A DNA stretch of 64,000 nt, from positions 6,138,001-6,202,000 of the forward strand of contig NC_081333.1 in assembly GCF_022539665.2 (NCBI RefSeq), in the 5' to 3' direction. Positions within the stretch are counted from its first letter, which is position 1; every line of letters begins with the position of its first letter. Made by a program: the position numbers and the translations under genes. The stretch is from Daphnia carinata. Lineage: Eukaryota. The notes under the pieces are model-generated. The model did not search any database. It was not told where the DNA came from and was given only the letters and a program-made list of their open reading frames with translations. Of this stretch, positions 49,244 to 62,468 are shown in pieces.

Positions 49244-50831
49244 CGTTTTCAGAGCTTTTTCACACAGGCGCTTACGTCGGCAAATGTCTTGCGCGGACGG
49301 ATAAACTAGGGGGGAATTATCGGTGCATGTTAATAAAAATATGGTCTATCCTTATTCTAAGAACAGGATATTTGCCACACTGTTTATCACCAATTGCTGT
49401 TGAGTAGCATGCTAATCAACAAACATCTGAACCCCGCGTTCGGCAACATAGTGGCTTATGGAATAACCGTACTATTTATCCGCTATGCAGCCTTTCTAAG
49501 TTCCCGTACGCGGAGCTCGAATTTTTTTGAGTCACGGTGTTACTTCTTACTTCTTAATTCTTTCGGTAGATCGTTCGATTAGTTCCGAGTTAACAATTTT
49601 CCAGCAGTGTAATATGCATTTCCGGAATCAGTGTATAAAAACACTACTAGATTGTGTATTGTCAGGGGTTGGATTTGATGACTTGTAAGTTAAATCAGTT
49701 GTGAATCGGTTCAGATTGTTCACCCAGAATGGACGTGCTTTCCAGCGCTCATCCATAGCAGTTTCCAACGTCAATCGCAATCAAAGTATGACCTCAGACC
49801 AGGAGCCTAACATAGGCAAATTGGTGGTCGCCAATTTCACATCACGAGAGACCTTTTTGGTTCTCTGTTGTGGATTGATGTCCGGGACAATAATTGTTAC
49901 CACGAAGAATGGACCAGGTCAACTTCATTGCCGTAACGCAACCGTCCTTCGGGACTGCCTGCCAGTAAGAGCGGAGTCAGGCTGCACAGTGGATCCGGTT
50001 GGCGATCACGCTCACCGGCCCGTGACCGTGTTCGAAGTTCGATATTTGCGAGTTAGATATTACGTGTGAATTTATGTGGTAGAGCGTCACTCAGCCACCG
50101 ATGTTCAATCCCGTAGGTGAGTTCGTGAGATACAACAATTTGCCATGCTATCCGAAAGATGCATATCGTAGCATGCAGGACATGGGCTAGTATTGTGCCA
50201 TGTCAGGTAGGGAGTAGCAGAGTTCCGGCCGGTGGAGTTCACGGCCTTCGGTCGAGCTCGCTGCTCATATCTGGCGTGGGTAACTATTTACTAGTTATGC
50301 CTCACATGAAAAAGAGGGGAAAGTTGAACTGCATAATCGCAAAACGATTTGTTGTTGTAGCATTAGAACGTACCTTTGGAAATCATAGTTCTGTTGTCTG
50401 TAATCATAAATTAGGAGTATGGTTTTGTATCGTAAATTTTTGTAAGGAAACTGAATTGATTCGTTTGAAATCTTTTTCGAGATAAAAATATCTAAATGCA
50501 CGGTAGAAACATTTTTTCTCTTAGAAACGCTTTTCGAAAGTGATGGACACATTTAATAAATGACATGCCTTATCCCATCGTCTGGCTATCGTTTTTTACT
50601 ATTGATCTCAGATCACATGATTGTTTAGCAAGCTGATTGTCGAGCACAAACGGCTTTTTAATTTGGCAAACTAAAAAAACTGTTCGAATTTAGTTTTTTT
50701 GTTTTAATACCTACCAATTGTTTTATAGTTATTCATTTATTTAATTTATTAAATATAATTAAAAATTTTTATTGAAATAATTACTCAATTTAATATTTTT
50801 ATTTCATTGAATAATTTAATTATAGAATTGT

Positions 50832-51460
50832 TTGATTTTGCATATGTTCTCACAATACTTAAAGCATGCCAGCGGCTGCAACAATGAAGGGCCATTCAAG
50901 AACAAAAGAGAAAAGCCAACTCTTCTGTTAGAAGATGACGCACTCATAGCCAAATGGATCAGGGGAATTTCTAGCGCAGGGTATCCAGTGACAAACAATT
51001 ATCTGTTGCGTTTCATTAACATACCTCGCAATAGTCGAAAACGGTGAAGACATTTGCCAACAATCAACTGCCGGAAAGATGGCTTCAAAAATTTACTATG
51101 CGATACAACCTGTCATTCATAACTGTGGAAATTGTGAATCTCATCAGGAGCCAAAATCACTCTCATGAGCTCAAGCAATGGGATAAACATATTGCAAAAT
51201 ATTTCAAGTTGGTTATTATTTGCATATATTTTTGCCATAGTTTGGTTTTTGTTGCATTTCACCAGATTATAGCTTCTCAGCTTCCCATTCATATTGTTTT
51301 TATCGATTAACACATATCATGAAAATTTTTATTTCATTTATAATTTCATTTCATAATGACAACGGTCTAAAGGGCATTTTCACGGACTCTACGAAATCTT
51401 TCAACTGCGATTAAAGCTTCTTTCTCGTTTCATCAGGAAAAGGGAAAGTTTGTCAAAACT
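50832..51460 (+). pseudogene. Degenerate pogo/Tigger transposase fragment (CENP-B-type HTH and start of DDE)
   Basis: KPTLL..IAKWIRGISSAGYPVT; FANNQLPERWLQKFTMRYNLS; EIFNCD at ~51393. Confidence 0.6.
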
Positions 51461-52937
51461 GGCGACTAAAAACTTGTTCCTCTCACTGGCATGAGGACAG
51501 TGCTACCCTCCGTCACAAGTAGCCTACTTAGAGGTTTCGACAGACGTGTCCCCAAAAAACGACACATCTACCCCGACATACGTAACCCCGCAGAAAATGG
51601 AAAAACATCTCCCGTCAAAGCTACCCCGACATATGGACCCAATAAAAAATTTAAAAACGCTCCCGTCACATCTACCCCATTATAAATATAATACAATTAC
51701 AGCCGTCATATGTACCCTTTTGTTGTATTAAGACAGACATACCTACCCGTTCGTTTAAAACTGATCGACACACCTACCCCTTCGATTAACACAGTCCGAC
51801 ATACCTACCACTTCGATGGAAATTGACCATCTTACCAACCCCTTCAATTAAAACAGTCCGACATACCTACCTTTGCGTTGGAAACCGGACGACGCACCTA
51901 CCCCATCGATATACAGACCGACATACCTAACCCTTTGTTGAAAGCTGATCGACACACCTACCCCTTTGTTTCGTTGAGCCCGACAAACTTACCCGTTCGT
52001 TTTTTTAAATCCGACTTACCTACTCCTACGTTCAATTTAGCCCGACACACCTACCCATTTGTTACAGGTTTTTTTATTTATGTATTTAGACTGGCTTAAC
52101 TGTACCTCTGATAAGAAGCACCCGTTTTTAATCATCTTTGTTCTGTAAGAAGATAAGGTAATGAAACAAGATATTATTTCCACGTAAGATACCGTACTGT
52201 TTGTATTATTTGATCAGCCTTAACAATATTATGATGCTATGAAGAGGGTTACAACGACTGGAAAGCATTCAATGAAGAAAGTTCCTACAAATTTTCTATT
52301 CATTCAGAAAATGAAGAAAGTTCCTATTCAGGTTACCGTCTCCATACTATTATTAGTTCCTTGAAATGACGAACGAGACTACTTATGCCTTTTTGTTCGT
52401 TAGGGAATTGTAGGCAGGAGAAATGATAGCCGACTTATGGGAGAATCGCTGGATAGGTTTTTCTGTCGCAGAACGACATTAATTGTTGCCGCAACTACCC
52501 TACAAGTAATACTACAAATAATAACTCACAGTTCTAACTTGTACAACCCTCAGAAAAACGAGGCAAAAGACTAGCCCTTAATCTACACCATTACTGTTGA
52601 AAACAAAGATCAGAAGCCTTATACAAACATGCACTGATTACCTTATTAGTTCCCAGAGCTCGTGAATCCATCATATCTAATGTAATTATATATTACATAC
52701 GCTACAGAACTTTACCACTTGCGGCAACAATTATACAAGTAGAAGTGTCCGACAGAGCTCTTGACAATTTATAGTAGCAGACGAAAGGGAAAAACAAAAA
52801 TACCGAGGCTAAACAGTATCCTTTTGTGTTAGTGCAATATTAGTAAGAACATAAGAAGAAAAGAAAAGGGTTTGACCTACGTATATTGATATTTACATTT
52901 ACATTTCTACCAACAATTCCGCTGTATTTTCTTCTTA

Positions 52938-53900
52938 TTATTGCACAAAAATCCTTAAAATTTGTTGAATAGGCGCCCGGCAAAAGCAGCAAAAGGGGCC
53001 GACACGCTCTGCACACATTGCACATAGGGTGTGCCCACACGAAATAAATGCAGTATCTATGGTGTTGATTAGGCACACACCACAAAGATTATGTGCAGCA
53101 GTGGGAGCAGCAATGTCAGCGGGAGAATCAGCGTCGGCGGGAGCATCAACGTCAGCAGGAGCAGCATCGTCACTGGAAGCAGCAACTTCAGCGGGATCAA
53201 CCACCTCAAAGGGGGCAGCAAACTCTACCGGAGCAGCAGGTTCTACGATGATGTTTTGGTGTTACCCGCGGCCTCGTCGTTGACCTATAGGAATCGCTGG
53301 AGCGTCGCCATCAGGCCTAAGATAGCGTGGCATTAGGCGATTTCGGGTATGTCTTGGTAGCACGGCAGGCTGGTCATGTACGATGACAACTTGATCTTGT
53401 CGCTCGACCGGTGCATTCTCTTGTTGCCAGGTGCATTAGCTGGGACGACATGTGGATCCGGTATCAAGTTAGGCTGGGTAAGCGGTCTTCCGGCAACATT
53501 TCGAGGTCACCTTCCTGCAGCATTTCTTGGCGGACGAACACCAGCATGTCTTGGCAGATGAGCCCCAGCATGTCTTGGCAAAAGTACTTCATTATTTGGT
53601 GGTGCATCCTCATTTACAGTCACAGGTAATTGTAGCAAATGTTAAAAGCCAAAACGATACATTAAAAAACAGGTTTAGCTTTGAATTTGATGAATAGAGA
53701 TATATACTTACAAAGAATCCAGCTGCCACTTCATGGAATCTCTGAAGACTGATTTTGCTATTCCACAGTAATCTTGTATAGTGCGCGATACGGGCTTCTT
53801 GTCCAATCTATCGCCTCGTACGATGGCGACCTATTTCTTGGTCATCACGGAGTGCAGCCAAATCTCTGGAGGTGGTGGCTTCAACTTTTTGCAGATGTAC
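52938..53900 (-). pseudogene. C-terminal part of a MULE-like transposase gene ending in a C3HC4 RING finger
   Basis: Exon ~53900-53712 HLQKVEATTSRDLAALRDDQEIGRHRTRR*..RIAHYTRLLWNSKISLQRF resembles arthropod MULE transposase tails; low-complexity linker; CGVCLINTIDTAFISCGHTLCAMCA..CCFCRAPIQQILRIF*. Confidence 0.6.
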
Positions 53901-55030
53901 TACGTAACAAAGAAACGTTAGTCCAAACAAATGTAGCGCGTTTGGAAATTCTAGTTCGTCTGCTTTTTAACAGAGTGAACAAAGAGCTTTGTGACGTAGC
54001 CCACATTATTATTAAACGTTTCCATGGTTGCAAAAATAACTAATAAAAATAATTGATTTGAATCATTTTTGTTAAAGAAACATACAATCAGAATCTAAAA
54101 ATCAAACCATATTCAGGGGTAAATAAAAAATCGTAATAATCAAGCAAAATTGATTGGAATCACTGATTGGAATCAAAATTTGATTGGAATCAAAATTGAT
54201 TCGGGCGATATGCCCAGCACCCACCAAACGCCCCGCGGAACTCATTCAATTTTCATCCTTACCATGTAGTTCTTTCCTTTGTCCGCTAGAGGCACTACAA
54301 TCAGATAAAGTATTTTGCTTTTTCTGCGTCAGAAGGGATAGGGCTAAAAGCATAGCACACCATGAACCTGTGGTCTTTATCTATGATATCAGTATGCGGT
54401 GTCGCGAGAAAAGAATTATAGTTTTTCTTTAGTGATGTCGATTATCAGTGTTTGCCTTGAATATTACGATACCGATATATTACAAAAGGTTATCGATGTT
54501 CTTATGCCAAATGACATGATATTTTTTGAAATTCACAAAAGCCTTGCATTCAAATCCGAACATTAACACGATATATTGTCAGTTTTACGCTCTACCCGAT
54601 GGAATGTGCTACGCACAATGATTTGGCAGTAATAGGGTATAGAATTCCGTAAATAAATAGGGTAAAAGCAACGTTGTGTGCTTAATAATCCATCAAATCG
54701 AAACAAATTGTGAGGAACACTTAATAACACATAAGCATGCGACATCGTACAGGCTAGGAACTTTGTAAGTGGTTTCCGTTGAAGAGTAGGCTACTATGTA
54801 GCAATCTGGATTACAATGCTCTTCGACAAATCGACCTAGGGTACATTGAACTAAAATGGCGAAGTTTTTCTTCGACGATCATGGCAACATGGTTGGGCGG
54901 AATGCAGTAAAGGAAAACTCTGGTTGGTCTCGACCGTCGAGAATTTTCTTATTTTGGAAGGCAGCGACGACCCATGTGTTGCAACAGTATTCATTTCATG
55001 GTTGGTCATTCATTTTTGATTTTTTTCAGT

Positions 55031-55484
55031 ATTGTAAGGAACGGCCAACCGTACTCCTTACATTCCCCTCTCGTTCCTACGCTTGCAACCCTTTTTTCCC
55101 CTCTTCCGCCAACAGGTCATTTGCCGATGGCTCTGGCCTTCAAACTTGTCAATTCTTCACATAGGTGTTACATTTCCACGCAGAATATTTATTCCCGATG
55201 GGACACCTAATCCTAAACGACCTTGCTTCTTCGTGTAAATGTTGCCCTTTTTCCAGATTGTGAGTCAGTCTACTTTCGGTTGTCATAACAGTCAGTCCAG
55301 TTTCAAGTGTCATCTCTGTCAGTCGGTCTCAGTAAGTTTCCCTTCGGCAACTATTAATTGGTCTTCGTAAAATACTGGAACATCCGTGCAACAATACAGT
55401 TCATCATCACTATTTCCCATTATTCAATAATTAAAAGTAAGGAACAGATCTTTTTCGAACCTTACAGTATAATTCGTCGTTCAG
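55031..55484. repeat. Dispersed ~450-bp direct repeat of 59547-60003 (probable EnSpm/CACTA internal fragment)
   Basis: ATTGTAAGGAACGGCC..GGGACACCTAATCCTAAACGACCTTGC..GAACCTTACA is colinear in both places, with small indels. Confidence 0.8.
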
Positions 55485-56065
55485 ATAATACCAAGAAGAA
55501 AGGCGTAAAGCTAATCGGCTTTAGAGATGGAAGCCTTTTCGACAACCGATTCAGAAAGGAATAAAAGAAGTCTTAGCAATGCCAGGAGAAGGAAACAAAC
55601 ATTCGACAACAGGAGGAGTCTCCACCACCTCCTCCACATTCTTTGCCTCTTCTGTCTCTTTTAAGTTATTACTAAGTTTAATTCACATAATATACAAAAC
55701 AAAACAATCTTTTCTATCAGTTTTCCCAGTTACGCTTAGGGTTTTAGACTTCAGCTTATTTATGGAAACGGGGTAAAATGGTATGTATAGAAACCGAAAA
55801 ATGAGGTCATAAATATTTAGTGTTTCGAAGTTCGAATTTCTTGCCCGCCGACCCACTCCCTGTTTCTGACCGTCCATCACCTCACTTTTCTGCTGGCCAA
55901 GAACCCATCTGAAGTTACCCGTAGATCTCCTCTCTGCCCGTCAAACCACTCTTTGCCCGTCGACCCCCTCTCTGCCCGTCAACCCACACTCTGCCCGTCA
56001 ACTCACATTGTGCCCGCAAAAATGCCTACTGGGGGACAACTACCTTTTTTTTGCATTTTCCCACC

Positions 56066-57231
56066 CCCTAGTAGCACAGCTGGTCCAAGCGACGTCACGG
56101 GGACGTCCAATGGACGTCGGTCTGTCCCAGCTAAGTCCGCCGTTTTCGAGACGGCTATGGATGTCCCTGGGACGTAATATTTCGGACGTCTTTCTAACCA
56201 GGGCAATGAAATATCCCAGTTACGTTCATCAGGGGACACGAAGGGACCCTAGAAGCATAGCCCGTCTTAGGGATGTCCTATTACGTCCCAGCTATGTCCG
56301 CCGTTTTTGATACGGTTATGGATGTCCCTGGGATGTAATATTTAGGACGTTGTTCAAACCATGGCAATGGAACATCCTAGCTACGTCCGGCAGGGGACAT
56401 GAAAGGGACCCTATTGTTTATTCTATTATTATATTATGATAATGTCTGACTGAGTAAATATAGTTCTAATTTTTTTTTCTCCATTTTTGCTATTCTTTCT
56501 GCTGTTTTTCCTTTATTTTTTTTCAAGGAATAATTTTTACTTAAAACCTACTTTACTATTGTTAAGGATAGTATCATATCATTTGATTCGAGAGCACGTT
56601 ATGCTGAAGCATCCATCTTTCCGACCCAATTCGACACGTCGTCGCGGTTGTAGTCGTGCCCTATCACCGTAGATATCCATTTCCCCTTGAACTCTTTAAC
56701 AAATTTTGGTCGTCTTTCATCTTTCGCTGCCCAATCTATTTGTATTCGATTATTTAGATCCCGTAGAATATATAATATAATAGACGCCATCAAAACCGCG
56801 CCGGGCGTAGAATTGTTAATAGTAATTTTTGTTTAATTATTTGTATTTGTAAAAATAAATGAAATGTAATTCAATTACCAGTGGTTTTATGGTTTTATTT
56901 TAATTGGAAGCTATTTCCAATACAAATTTTCCTGCGTCCTTTGCCTGCCGCGATCCGGACATTTCTCCGGATGTTCCAATACGTACGTTCACTGAACGTA
57001 CGGATTTGCCATCCTCCAGACGTCCAATTAAGGACGTCCGTAGTACTCCCAGCTAAGAACGTTACCAGGACCTCCAATTAGTTACGTTCGTAGGACGTCC
57101 TCCAGTAGACGTCCCTGAAACCGGGCATTAGGACATCCTGGTGACGTACATCTGCCGTCAGAATGGGACGTCCCGATCGGACAGCCAGGACGTAGCTGGG
57201 ATGTCCCTGGGACGGACAAAGGCTAGTAGGG
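56066..57231. mobile_element. Non-autonomous EnSpm/CACTA-type element
   Basis: Termini CCCTAGTAGC / GCTAGTAGGG; 2-bp TSD CC; many GGACGTCC/GGATGTCC subterminal repeats at both ends; internal ~160-bp tandem duplication (56135-56412). Confidence 0.7.
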
Positions 57232-57325
57232 CCCTTTCGTCACAGTCTCCACCCGTCAAAACCCCCGCTATAGTTGTCCGTCCACTCACTTTTTGCTTCT
57301 GCCCGCTAAGAAGCCCGCTGTTATT

Positions 57326-57465
57326 GTCCGTCGACCCTCCCACTGCTCGTCGACCCACTCGCTGCTCGTCGACCCACTCGCTGCCCGTCGGCCCACTCGC
57401 TGCCCGTCGGCCCACTCGCTGCCTGTCAGCCCACTCGCTGCCCGTCGCCCCCCTCGCTGCCCGCC
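57326..57465. repeat. 19-bp GC-rich tandem repeat (GCTGCCCGTCG(A/G)CCCACTC); related copies at ~55930-56015
   Basis: About seven consecutive units; the same motif occurs on the other side of the 56066-57231 insertion. Confidence 0.8.
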
Positions 57466-59539
57466 AAAACGACCAATATAGCTGCCCATTGACTTTTTCC
57501 TTGTTTTTGTCCGTCTTTCCCTCACAGTCTCAGCCAGGAAAACGCCCGCTGTAGTTACCCGTCAACCTACTTTTTCCCTCTGCTCGTCTTTTCACGAATA
57601 GTCTCTGCTCACCAACCCCCTTTGTCCACCAAAAAAAACGCTGTAGTTGCTCACCGTACAGTCTCTGCCAGTCGGCTTACCTACTGTAGCGCTCACCTGA
57701 TTTAAGCCAAGCCCGTAGACTGAAAAATTGCCTAAATCCGCAATTTCACCCGCAGTTTAGTTTTCCAAATCCCCATCCCACCAATTCACTGTAGCAGACG
57801 GCGGTTTTGGCGCCAGCCAATCACAGCATCCCACAAATTCAACACAGCAGGCTGCGGTTTAGCCGCAAGCAAATCACAACAAAAGCACAACTTGATAGAC
57901 ACAGGCTCCTCCCTTTTTCCTTTTTTTTATATAGTATAGATTAAAGCTGATCAAATAATGCAAATAATAGGGTAAGCGGAATCATCTTGTTTCCTCATCT
58001 TATCTTCGTATGAGCAAAAAGATGATTAAAAATGGATGCTGCTTATCAGAGGTAGACTGAAGCCAGTCTAAATACATTTTTAAAAAGTCCTGTAACAAAG
58101 GGGTAAGTGCGTCGGGCACTATTATTCGAAGTGGTAGGTAAGCCGGATATTTAAAACGAAGGGGTAGGAGTGTCGGACTGTTTTTACAGAAGGGGTAGGT
58201 GTGTCGGAGTGTATCAACCGCAGGGGTAGGTGTGTCGCACTGTATTAATCAAAGGGGTAGGTGTGTCGGACTGTATTAATCGAAGGGGTAGATATGTCGG
58301 ACTGTATTAATCGGAGAGGTACATATGTCGACCAGTGTTCAGCGAAGGGGTACGCTTGTCGATCAGTGTTCAGCGAATGGGTAGGCTTGTCGGTCTCAGT
58401 TAAAAAATGGGTAGATAAGACGGCTTTTAAAAAATGAATTATTATCTGGGTAGTTTTGACGGAATCATTATTCAGTGTTTCTCATGGGTAGATATGTCGG
58501 GGTAGGTCTAACGGGAGATGATTTCCGTTTTTTGTAAGGGTAGGTCTGTCGGGTAGGTATGTCATGTTTTGGGGTAGGTCTGTCGAAACCTCTAGGTATT
58601 TATGACAGGGGGTACCACTGTCTCTATCCCCTCTCACTGAAAAATTCTGATAAGGCGGGTAATTCCGTTTTGGCTAAATTTTCAGCGTCTAGATGGACAT
58701 TACCCCCTTTTTTATTTTTCCTGATGAACGGACGCAACGTTGGATGTTAAAGGAAAAATGCCACCTAACATTGAGGCATTTGCACCCAAAAAGTTGTATG
58801 ATTATGAGCCAAATGATCTTAGGCAGATAATTTCGTAAAAATGTCAATCAGCCAAAACAAAAATAATTGCCATCACTGCTTAACGCTTATAAAACCAAGT
58901 GTTGTAATGAGACCACAAAAAGATAGAAGAGAAGAATGAAAATAAGTAAATAGGATATTTGAAGGGCGAGGCAAGTTTGAAACAACACATATTTTACCCA
59001 CACTAAACGTGAGGGGTAGCTAGTATTACCAAAGGTTCTTTTTAATAGCACTCTCGGCTCGGCTTACGGGGAAAATTGAAAGACCGCACTTGGCTTAGTG
59101 GGCCTCCCTGTCTCCTCCTTAACCTCTAGCGGCCGACATAGAAAACAATAGTCAATGGCATTTGTAGGTAATGAGTGAATACACGATGAATGGAGAGAAA
59201 GTGATGCGGTAAATATGAAATTCATAGCACCTTTTTCTTGTCTTTCGCTAAAAGAACCCTACAATTATATTGTAACTTAAGCACATCTAGACTTTCCACA
59301 TTATTTCCTTTACTAGCACTGCCCAGCAGTCGGAAAATGTCAGGTTTTTGTATGCCTATGGCCAACTGTTTATTTCAATTATCTGCAAGCTTTTTCATTA
59401 AATTGATTGCAGTAATCCTTTACGGACAGCTGATTTTTAGCGGCACTGCGATTTGTCCCGATCAAAAAGGATGGGGATCAAGCCCTAGTTCATATTGGAC
59501 CAGCATGGTGTACTAGGATGGTGAGACAACTCCCCTTTT

Positions 59540-62468
59540 TATGGCTATTGTAAGGAACGGCCGACCGTACTCCTTACCTTCCCCTCTCGTCCCCACGCTG
59601 GCAACCCTCTTCCCCCCTCTTCTGCCAACAGGTCATCTGCCGATGACTCTGGCCTTCAAACTTGCCAATTCTTCACATAGGTGTTACATTTACACGCAGA
59701 ATATTTATTCCCGTTGGGACACCTAATCCTAAACGACCTTGCTTCTTCGTATAAATATTGCCCTTTTTCCAGATTGTCAGTCAGTCCACTTTTAGCTTTC
59801 AGTCAGTCTACTTCTAGCTTCGGTTGTCATAACAGTCATTCACCAATTTCAAGTGTCATCTCAGTCAGTCTGTCTCAGTAAGTCTCATTTCGTCAATTAT
59901 CAATTTGGTCTTTGTAAAACACTCGAACACAGTGCAACAATACAGTTCATCATCGCTATCCAATAATTATCAGTAAGGAACAGATCGTTTTTCGAACCTT
60001 ACACTATCTCGAATGAAGCCTGTTTTCAGACGAGGAGGCTGTGGCCTAATTGAGGAGACTTATAGCCAACGCCACCATAGGAACTAGTGAGCAACTAGAT
60101 AATTCGCCAACGGTTTTCCATTTTATTTGTACTGGAAACATTAATGGCGTAACGTAGTTAATGCTGTAATAGCGTCCTTCCGGAAATGGTGAAGAAGTTC
60201 TACTTCGTCGATATTTGCCAAACTCGAAGTGATCACGAAAATGGCCCTGTCACGTTCTACCATTCGCCAAGGAGTAATTTCGATGAGGGGAAAATGATAG
60301 GAGAAGAATTTGTCCCCCCAAAACGTTGGCGTTTCAAAAAAGGAGCCAAGGTAAAATATCTTTTCTAGGTATATTGAAGTTATATTGATCATTGTGTTTT
60401 GTTTTTGTCACTGTTATCTTCGACTCACAGACCCTGTTCCAAAAGCAACAGCCAATGTACTTGCCTGAGCGATCAGCTGGATTGATTGTGTTACGAGCAC
60501 CCAAGTGTCCTGCCATGCATCCCCATCTAGTGCCCTCATTCCACCACCCCTCGATAGATGGCAGACCAAACGGTATGCGACGGGGTCGTCTGCTGTCAGT
60601 CATGTTAGCAGTCTGTTACCTCGCCGTCTACCGAGTGGTCTCAAGAAGGAGCTCTGCAACACTATTAGCTTCTCTTCGCGTATCCTAAGTGAAGTGTATC
60701 GTATTCAAGTCTCTTGTCAAATAGACTTGTCCCGGTTATCCATCGGAGTATTTTCATCTTCATATCCTAACTATTCGCCCCATCGTTACCTGCTTCCGTC
60801 TGGGTCCAATGCCGGCAACATCCGCAACAATTGGTATTCTCTTTCTTTAAAATTTTACACAATTATTTAACAATTGCCTTATTGGCGGTATTGCCCAATA
60901 TCTAGAATCAAACATGCCACTTCACTCCTAAAATGCTTCTACCAATTCTGAGACAGAAACCGAAGAGCTGGATCTCAATTCTACCTACAAGGATAACTGT
61001 GCGATGGGCCTGGAAGGTACATTAAGTTAATGTTCTAATACCCTATTAAACCTATTTTATGATTGATTACTATTTAAATACACGCTATCTAGCCCAGATC
61101 CAGTCAGGTTAAATGGGCGTTAAACCAACCGATTTTTCTTCTAATAAGCATCTAACTTGATTGAGCCTTCCGTAGAATTTTATGGTAGATGTTTTCATGT
61201 TGACCTTATACGTATTTGAATATGTCAAATTGAGATATTTTTTGGAGTCTAAACGTTTAAAAGATGTATTGTTGTTCAAAGACCAAATAAAGGCGCATAT
61301 GAGTTTGCACCTGGCCAAAACTGCTCATTCCAAAGATTTAATTACAAAGCGTTACTTCAAATCGATTTTTATTGAATATAAAAATGACAGTATCGTTGTT
61401 ACGCCATGCTATAGAAATTTAATTCATTATAATGGGCTACTATTAAACAAAAAAACGAATCATAAAATTTATTCTAAACGAATTAAACGTCAAATACAAT
61501 AATATAATAACAGAAGATTGGCGTTTAAATAGGTCTGGCAGAAAAAGGACAAACTTAAAATCAATAAAAACAGTCCTACTTCTCCACGGTATTAGTCCTA
61601 TTTCTCCTCAGCGATAGAAGAGCAAAAAAAACTGTTGAGATACAGAGAGTGAATGAGAGAGGAGCTGGTAGAAGATGGTATGCCTTATATATCCTTATAT
61701 CTTATGGTATGCCTTATATCAATGCCTTCCTAGCCAATTTTAAAGAAGAAATACTGAAGCTGAAGGTTGGTGGGAATGAGTTTCGTGATAAAATTTTCAG
61801 AGTGACTCTTAGCCGGTTACGTAGCGATGCCCCTGCGACGTCATTCGCGTTAAAAATTGCCCCCCATAATGCGTATTATTATGCCTGCCGAAAATGTACA
61901 CCAAAAGGCTTGTGGGTTTCGAACCACAGCCAACCAAAAACTGCCGGTCGCGTCACATATCCAGAACTTCATGCGCCCCTCCGCACAGACATTAGTTTCC
62001 GAGGGCGATTGCAAATACAGCACCATAGTAAAGACAATAACCGTTGAAGACATACTGACCGATATGGTTGAAGCCCCCTCTTGAATCCCAGTGTTTTTTA
62101 ATTGCATCGTGATTGCCGTCTATAACTGAATAATAAACTGCCTTAATGATGCATTCTAAGCCCATTTTTATTATTTGTCCCTATAGAAGGAAACACGTCC
62201 GATTTTTGACGTAATTTGGATGTGGACATTCTAATTTTTGCGGTACGTCCCCGTTTGGACATCCGATGTATGTCCCATTGTAGAGCGCTACCCGAAAGGC
62301 AATTTCATCTCCTTGTTGGATATCTCTGAAATGTCCGGCTAAGGATGTTCGAACGATGTCCCATTAGTTACATCCATAGGATATCTCAATGGCGTAGAAA
62401 GACGACGGACCTAAATCTGATCTGCCGACGTCTCTATGATATCCCCAAGAGAAAGTGTGCTAGTAGGG
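59540..62468 (+). mobile_element. Decayed EnSpm/CACTA (CMC) transposon with a transposase fragment at ~61720-62085; left boundary uncertain
   Basis: SDAPATSFALKIAPHNAYYYACRKC..GRVTYPELHAPLRTDISFR..HH matches the animal EnSpm-type motif DAPAR..GH.GYY.C.KC; right end GTGTGCTAGTAGGG with GGACATCC-type subterminal repeats (62220-62440). Confidence 0.65.

Larger units (their letters stand above)
51531..58592 (-). mobile_element. Foldback-like MULE/MuDR element with ~0.65-0.7 kb imperfect TIRs
   Basis: GAGGTTTCGACAGAC... (51531-~52220) mirrored by ~57940-58592; TIRs contain ~30-bp CCGACA(C/T)ACCTACCCC tandem repeats and a unique inner segment; flanked by TA, no 9-bp TSD seen. Confidence 0.75.

Noticed and set aside
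49660..50290. Possible minus-strand Gypsy integrase remnant (GPF-like motif)
   Set aside because: Too degenerate to support; no LTR, PBS or catalytic motifs recognisable.
57141..57554. Overlapping repetitive ORFs on both strands
   Set aside because: Produced by the stop-free 19-bp GC-rich tandem repeat.
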